This document shows positions 58,428 to 64,000 of a stretch of 64,000 bases of DNA, piece by piece. Both the position numbers and the translations under genes were made by a program. The DNA is from Eutreptiella sp. 'Long Island Sound 2002' (Eukaryota; Protista; Euglenida). The notes beneath the pieces are model-generated. The model was not told where the DNA came from and searched no databases. It was given only the letters and a program-made list of their open reading frames with translations. Each line of letters starts with the position of its first letter. Positions within the stretch are counted from its first letter, which is position 1. The DNA is taken from positions 190,526,001-190,590,000 of the forward strand of contig OZ038378.1 of assembly GCA_964036045.1 (NCBI GenBank), in the 5' to 3' direction.

Positions 58428-59001
58428 CAACTAGGGGGGGGGGGGGGGGGGCACACCACAGAGAGAGTCGCACATACAGGAAGCGCCGGGTACGCTAGTG
58501 TTCAGCCCACTCCCGTACACTCCCTTGAAGGCAGTGCGGAGGTGGAAAGGATGCTTAGAAGGTCGCATGCGGACGTTGGGCGGGGGACGAGCCGGCTACC
58601 CCAGACATCATCCCCCTCCCGTACACCCCCCTAAGCAGTGCGGAGGTGCAGCAGATGCTAAAGAGAGCACGAAAACAGCCAAGAACGGCCCGCCAACTCT
58701 TCCAGTAGGCGGGACCGCATCAACATGGGCGGCAAGGCAACCACCACACAGATGACAGATACGGACTTGTGAGTTCTGAACCCCCCCCCCCCCCATGCGG
58801 TGCCAAAGCACAGTCAGCAACCACCTGGTGTGGTACAGAACTGGTCTGCGCTGCAGTGCAGCAAGAAAAACACTGAACAATGTGGTTATGACCATGCGCC
58901 TGTGACACGGGGGCGTATGCGAGCCCAGTTTCCGTTGCCTCATGCCCCTGCGGTGAAGTCATGTTAGGTTTAAACCATTTCTGAACAGAATAGCATAAGA
59001 G

Positions 59002-59085
59002 GCATGGACGGTCTAGTGGTATGCGCCATGGGTGGCGCTCGTCGTCGTCGGGGGTTCGAGCCCCGGTTCGTCCGTCCGTCCGTCC
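59002..59085 (+). other. tRNA-like head (possible tRNA-derived SINE/pseudogene) with (CGTC)n tail
   Basis: A-box-like GGTCTAGTGGT and B-box-like GGTTCGAGCCC; cloverleaf not canonical. Confidence 0.4.
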
Positions 59086-59545
59086 AGGGGCCCGTTGGCG
59101 AGGTCCCCGCCACCGCCCTGTTCAGCATCCCCCTCCACCACCAAGGGTGAATTAAGTACTGGCCGGGCCACTGGCCAAATGGCAAATAAACGCGTTTATG
59201 CGTTTATTTTTCGAAAAACGCCCTTTTTGGGGGGATAACGGTTGTTTATCGGCGTTTATAGGTGTTTATTGACATTCCTGCATATATTGCTCATGGTTTC
59301 TGTACCTTGTGTGACGTAATCTTAGAGCATTTGTGCATTTGTCCATGTTTGAGGGTACCAAAGTTAGAATGTGGTGCAGGGAAGGGTGAATAGTATTGTG
59401 TGTCGGCCAGCATGGTGCATCATAGTGGGAAGATCTAGCATGTGGCTCATGGCATGAAAGGACACACGGACACACCATATACACTCATTCATGCCCCGCA
59501 TTCATGTCATGTGCATGTGTGCATGTGTGTCATTAACATTTTTTA

Positions 59546-61381
59546 TTGTTCCGTATATCCCTTTGTCAGACTCTCTTTCCCTTCCTCATTGTTCTCATGG
59601 GTTCTGACGTATGGATGTGCCCACTTGGCCCGGTTGCGGCTGAGGGTGCGGCTTGGTTGCACTTCCACAGTGTTGCCGAGGCCCTCCGTTTCCTGCATTC
59701 CGAGGCGGGAGGGTCTTTGCGGCACCTCAAGCACACCCAAGTCGCCCGTGCGGCCAAAAGCGACGGCACCCGGGACGGCTATTCCTTCACCTTCAAGGAG
59801 CCAGCGTCCATGGTTGTCGCTAGGCCCGCGCGTCCGCAGCCGGCAGCCACACCCACTTTGGCATCATTTGGGTTGACTGCTGTGCGTTGCGCTTGTTGCG
59901 GTGCGAACATATGTGGTGTGCGACACTCTTGCACCAGGTGTAATGCGACTGTCGACGAGGCTTGTAGGGCCCGTGTCGGCACCGAGGTACACTGCTTCAC
60001 ATGCACGTGTCGGGCTTGCAGGCGTGCACTAAGCGGCCACTTGGTGCAATGCCGGAAGTGCAACTTTCGGGTGCATGGTGAATGCACCACAGATGGCCTT
60101 TGCACCCTTTGTAGTGCCGCATGCGCTTCCAGTGGGAGTGCTACAGTGCGCAAGCCGCGCAAGTTCAATCCAAGGTGGCTCTTGTCCAGGCCTTGGCTTC
60201 GGTACGACCCGGTTTGTGTCTTGATGTGGTGCGAGGCTTGTCGCACGCATCCACAAATTGGCTGTTCGGTGCCTTTTGTCCAAGGTACCTCGAACTTCAA
60301 GGTGTTCTCTTTGAAAGAACATGGTAAATCGGGCACCCATTGCGTCTCTCTTGCCCTGTGGAAGACCGGTGGCCGTGTCACCTCGGTGATTCGTACGTTG
60401 CCAACTGAGGTACAAGATGGGATCATGGGTTTGTTTCGCACGGTGTATAGACTCGTGCAATCCTATGAACCCATGACTAACCTTGAGGGTAATTCTGAAT
60501 TGGTAGCGCTCAATGGGGGCCACATTCTCCCCAGTTATCGCTCCCGCGTCTCAAGTGCTGAGATTTTGAGGTTCATTGTCCACCCCCTCCGTGCCTCGCA
60601 GGGTGCCATTGTGACTGAATGCGAATTTTTCGCCATCGCATCAGATTCATGTACCGACCGTTCATCAAAGAAGGAGGAGCTTTTTTATGTTCGTACGGTC
60701 GTGGATGCACGAATGGTGACCAATTTTTTTTCATGTCAGCCCCTCCCCGCGGGTAACGCCAATGGCATCGTCACCGCTTTGAAGCGTAGTATGGCCGCTG
60801 CCGGGTTGGATCTTGAAACGTGGTTGCCAAAGATTTTTTTCTATTGTGGGGACGGTGCAAGTGTTGTCCAAGGTGAACATGGTGGGGTGGTTGCCATCCT
60901 TGGGGAGTTGCAGCAACAATTAACAGGGTATAACGTGATTGTGCCTTACCATGCGAGTTGCCACAGGTGTGACCTGGCCTTCAAGGCCGCCATGCAACTT
61001 AACCACGCGTTTTTGGATCTTTTGGCAGATACCCTGCAATCTGCCGCGTCATTTCGGAATAACGCCCCCTCTAGGCTAAAAACCTTGCAGGCTGTTGCAC
61101 AGAGTCCTGAGGCGGCTGCCCTGAAGTTGGGTGTCTTGCACACCCGCCGGTGGTCTGCATTCGCATGTGATGCTCTGTGCCGCCTGAAACGGTGCTATGT
61201 GATTGTTGTTGTTGCATTGCATGAGATTCACTTGACCAAGGCCGCAAACAAGGAACACCGGGATGCCTTGCTTGTGTCCATGATGAATTATGTCTTTCTG
61301 TGTGCCCTCTTTTTCATGCTGGACGTCGTGAAAGCCTGTTCGCTGATGTCACTCGCATTTCAGATTACGCCCGACTTTTAG
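59546..61381 (+). CDS. hAT transposase (ZNF862/TTF-finger type) with N-terminal PHD-like fingers; C-terminus missing or spliced
   Basis: WLRYD...MWCEAC...KEH...H TTF-type finger; ASDSCTD and GDGAS acidic motifs; HASCHRCDLA; stop at 61381 before the expected dimerisation domain. Confidence 0.88.
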   Translation: MFRISLCQTLFPFLIVLMGSDVWMCPLGPVAAEGAAWLHFHSVAEALRFLHSEAGGSLRHLKHTQVARAAKSDGTRDGYSFTFKEPASMVVARPARPQPAATPTLASFGLTAVRCACCGANICGVRHSCTRCNATVDEACRARVGTEVHCFTCTCRACRRALSGHLVQCRKCNFRVHGECTTDGLCTLCSAACASSGSATVRKPRKFNPRWLLSRPWLRYDPVCVLMWCEACRTHPQIGCSVPFVQGTSNFKVFSLKEHGKSGTHCVSLALWKTGGRVTSVIRTLPTEVQDGIMGLFRTVYRLVQSYEPMTNLEGNSELVALNGGHILPSYRSRVSSAEILRFIVHPLRASQGAIVTECEFFAIASDSCTDRSSKKEELFYVRTVVDARMVTNFFSCQPLPAGNANGIVTALKRSMAAAGLDLETWLPKIFFYCGDGASVVQGEHGGVVAILGELQQQLTGYNVIVPYHASCHRCDLAFKAAMQLNHAFLDLLADTLQSAASFRNNAPSRLKTLQAVAQSPEAAALKLGVLHTRRWSAFACDALCRLKRCYVIVVVALHEIHLTKAANKEHRDALLVSMMNYVFLCALFFMLDVVKACSLMSLAFQITPDF

Positions 61382-61549
61382 GCATGCACACTTCCGCTCG
61401 GAATTTGACTGTGACAGTCTGCAAGTGATTTTTTCAAATTGCTTTATTGCTTGTATACCATGTGCACAATGTCATCTGCTCAATCATTGTTCCACTGTTT
61501 GCAGGTGAAACGTACAAAGTGTGATGGTATGTTTAAAAAATGAACCATC

Positions 61550-61900
61550 GGGCAATGCGGATGAAAACAACCTCAAGAAAATAGCTAGCGCAAATGAACT
61601 TGCAAAAAGCATCAGGTAATAAGCAGTTTTACACTTTTTGACAAAAAACACAAAAAAACCAAAGAGCAGTGTGTATTTCAGGGCAATGTGGATGAAAACA
61701 ACCGGAAGGACATAGGAAGCGCAAATGAACTGGCAAAAAACATCAGGTAATAAGCATTTTTGACACTTTTTGACAAAAAAAAACACAAAAAAAAAACCAA
61801 AGAGCAGTGTGTACTTCAAGGCAATTTGGATGAAAACAACCTCAAGCAAGTAGGAAGTGCAAATGACCTTGCAAAAAGCATCAGTTAATTGGCAAAAATG
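61550..61900. repeat. Subterminal tandem repeat (~130-bp unit, ~2.6 copies) in the hAT 3' region
   Basis: gggcaatg.ggatgaaaacaacc...gcaaaaagcatcag at 61550, 61681 and ~61820. Confidence 0.8.
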
Positions 61901-62181
61901 ACAAAAATAAACACAAAATAAACAAAAATAAACATTGAAATCAACACTTTACTGGCCACTGGCCAAAAACCCTTTGGCCAGTGTTTAATTCACCCTTGTC
62001 CACCACCGGTACCGCCGATGGATGGGTGGCGTCTCTCGTCCTCGTAGTTTTAAATTTGCTATTGCCCAGTGCAGACAACAAAGCATGCAAAAAAACAAGG
62101 CACTAGGCACAACACACCTGCAGCAGTGCCCCCCGTCACCGGTACCGCCGGCCGACGGGAGCCGCATCTCCTCCTCGTATT

Positions 62182-62278
62182 CCACTTGGGGGATTCGAAC
62201 CGGCGTCTTCATGGCAGCAGCCGGCCGCACAGCCGCTGCAGTGCGCGGCCAAAAACCATTCTTATGAGCCGCTAGCCC
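62182..62278 (-). other. tRNA-like head (possible SINE)
   Basis: Minus strand reads GGGCTAGCGGCTCATAAGAATGGT...CCGGTTCGAATCCCCC (perfect B box). Confidence 0.4.
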
Positions 62279-62319
62279 TCAACAAGCCAATGTCTTCGTA
62301 TGGCAGCAGAGGCATACAG

Positions 62320-62490
62320 GTCACGGAGAACCCGTCGCCACCCCAGCCCCTTTCACCCCCTCCCAACACATGAGCTCCAGCGGCACCCGTGGGTTTCTCA
62401 CCCCCGCGTCCGCCAACAGCACACCAGACTCGCCCAGTGGGGCCTCCGCGCAGGGATGCACGGGAGCACGGACCAGGGATGCGGGACACG
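62320..62490 (+). CDS. Probable host gene exon (HGEPVATPAPFTPSQ...RDAGH)
   Basis: catacag| acceptor and |gtagg donor; 171 nt, symmetric phase, open frame. Confidence 0.55.
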
Positions 62491-62787
62491 GTAGGAACAC
62501 GAGCCCCACTCCCTCTTGTTGCATGTTGCGTGTCATCTCAACCCAGGTCCTGAAGCCTGGCGACAGGGCAACAGAGCACCCAAACTCATGGTTTGGTCGC
62601 ATCATTGTTGAACCTCGCAGTTTGAGCATGATTTGAAAGAATTGGGCGTCACACACACACACACACAGAAACGCACACATTTACATCCCCTGTTTGTCTT
62701 GCCCCCCTTTTCGTTTACGAACAGGGGATCACTATTTCTGTGTGTGTGCAGATTTGTTGAAAATTTATTGTGTTTTTGTGAAGCAGC

Positions 62788-63492
62788 ATGCAGGTCTTCC
62801 GCTCCCCGTTTAAGAGTGCGTCGTCTAAGGCCCCAGATCAAGGAGCTTCGGGCTCTGGGGTGGACGCGTCGTCGCTGGACACCAGCCAGATGTCGCCTGA
62901 GGAGCTGCGCGCGTTGCTGCAGTCCCAGCAAGAGGCGATCGGACATCTACAAGCACGGTTGGAGAGCCTGGCCGTTGCGGAGAGAAATACGGTGCCGGAC
63001 TTGACCGCAGAGGCAGTGGAGCAGATACTGGGGGGCGACAAAGTGGCCAGCTGGATGCGCCAGTTAGGCGAGGCGCTGCAGGACTACGTTAGAAGCGCAA
63101 GTGCTGCACCGGTCAGGCCATCCGACGTGATGGGCAATGCGATGGAATGCCCGAGGGGCGACAGGCTGGCCTACAGGATTTGGGGTATCATCCTCGACTC
63201 CCAGCAGGCGTACGCCTAGAGGTTCACGTCGGACTCCAACAGTCGGGCGGACCCGTCCAACCCGCTGGATGCAATGAGCTGGCCAGATGCGGTCAAAAAC
63301 GGGGGACCGTCCTTTAAGTATAAAGGCATCGACTTCGCCATGCGACAAGGCGTCCTTCATTGGATGTCGAAGAAAGGAAGGTGGGTACCAATATCAGCCC
63401 GCCCGTCTGGTGACTGCCAGAGATGCGCAAAAGAGGGCGTCCCATCGGAGCAGTTGAGGCACTGGCATTTCCAGTGTCCCCACTGGTCCTGA
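62788..63492 (+). pseudogene. gag-like ORF of a YR retroelement with one in-frame TAG (63217-63219)
   Basis: ORFs 62788-63219 and 63274-63492 share a frame; coiled-coil N-terminus and CQRC...HWHFQC C-terminus. Confidence 0.65.
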
Positions 63493-63633
63493 CGGGACTG
63501 TCACCACTGCGACAGAGCGGGGTGGGGATGGCTGTGTTGGTGTGAAGATTCCAGACCCGCGCGTCCAATCCCCACCCGGGAGGCCTTACCTGCTGCCAGA
63601 GCGACCTTCAGCGCGGCGGCGGCGGGGTGGGCA

Positions 63634-64000
63634 ATGGCGATGGCGGCTGTTGGATCATTTAGGGTGGCGGCCGTGGGCGTTCGTGGTTGGGCCCCAAAGA
63701 CGCAAGCCAGGTACCGTTCCGCCTTGTCCGCGGTGGCGAAGTATGAGGGAACCAGGGCTTTGCGGACGCCGCTTACTGACACGCTGTCTGACTTCTTGGC
63801 GTCAAGGGTCTCCATGGGGCAAGCCAGATCCACCCTCAGGGGTTATGTGTCCGCAACTCGGGCGGCAGAAGATATCAGGCTGCTCCCGGGTTGTGTTCAA
63901 GCCATCCACTGGAGACTTGCAAAATCTGGAAAGCCGACACCAGGGCAACCATACCTGGGACCGGAGGGTCTCTGCCTCCTGTGGGCCAGAGCGGCCTCGC
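63634..64000 (+). CDS. N-terminus of tyrosine recombinase of a DIRS/TATE-like element (runs off window)
   Basis: Open frame MAMAAVG...WAPKTQARYRSAL...STLRGYVSA...; position directly after gag; catalytic motifs lie outside the window. Confidence 0.6.
   Translation, partial: MAMAAVGSFRVAAVGVRGWAPKTQARYRSALSAVAKYEGTRALRTPLTDTLSDFLASRVSMGQARSTLRGYVSATRAAEDIRLLPGCVQAIHWRLAKSGKPTPGQPYLGPEGLCLLWARAAS

Larger units (their letters stand above)
59142..61998 (+). mobile_element. hAT DNA transposon, 2857 bp
   Basis: TIRs CAAGGGTGAATTAA(GT/AC)ACTGGCC (23 bp, 2 mismatches); 8-bp TSD TCCACCAC at 59134-59141 and 61999-62006. Confidence 0.95.

Noticed and set aside
58500-58710. Internally repeated LPYTPL...SAEV..ML.R segment
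   Set aside because: Could be a LINE remnant or a host exon; the frames are inconsistent and it cannot be assigned
59002-59073. Functional tRNA gene
   Set aside because: T-stem and anticodon arm do not fit a canonical cloverleaf; treated only as a tRNA-like head
1-64000. CRISPR arrays, prokaryotic defence operons, rRNA genes
   Set aside because: No regularly spaced repeat-spacer array, no rRNA-like sequence, and no dense operon-like ORF organisation; the DNA is intron- and TE-rich eukaryotic sequence

Overview
Eukaryotic, TE-dense genomic DNA with no prokaryotic operons, rRNA or CRISPR. A euglenid/euglenozoan-like source is inferred, not proven, from CCCTAA/TTAGGG telomeric motifs, gag-YR-RT elements, 2A-bearing LINEs and GC-AG introns. 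Two fragmented multi-exon host genes of unknown function are visible: one on the minus strand at ~0.5-10.3 kb and one on the plus strand from ~26.6 kb to ~62.5 kb. Most of the intervening DNA is mobile elements. (1) An 8.1-kb APE-RT LINE with an N-terminal 2A-like peptide, inserted with a 24-bp TSD into a CCCTAA telomere-like junction of a ~1.13-kb tandem repeat. (2) A 9.77-kb poly(A)-tailed APE-RT-RNaseH LINE flanked by a 379-bp direct duplication. Its first ~5.8 kb is one reading frame carrying a RING-like finger, two canonical 2A (StopGo) motifs, one decayed 2A and two in-frame stops. (3) A 7-kb stack of five same-orientation 5'-truncated retroposon ends, each inserted in a (TCCC)n tract; three share a conserved 3' motif. 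(4) Three tyrosine-recombinase (DIRS/TATE-like) retroelement remnants, one internally scrambled. (5) A hAT transposon with TIRs, an 8-bp TSD and a PHD-like fused transposase. (6) MITEs, an L1/Tx1 zf-RVT fragment and tRNA-like heads. The most novel-looking system is the multi-2A/stop-punctuated polyprotein LINE with the giant TSD, followed by the (TCCC)n-targeted retroposon array.
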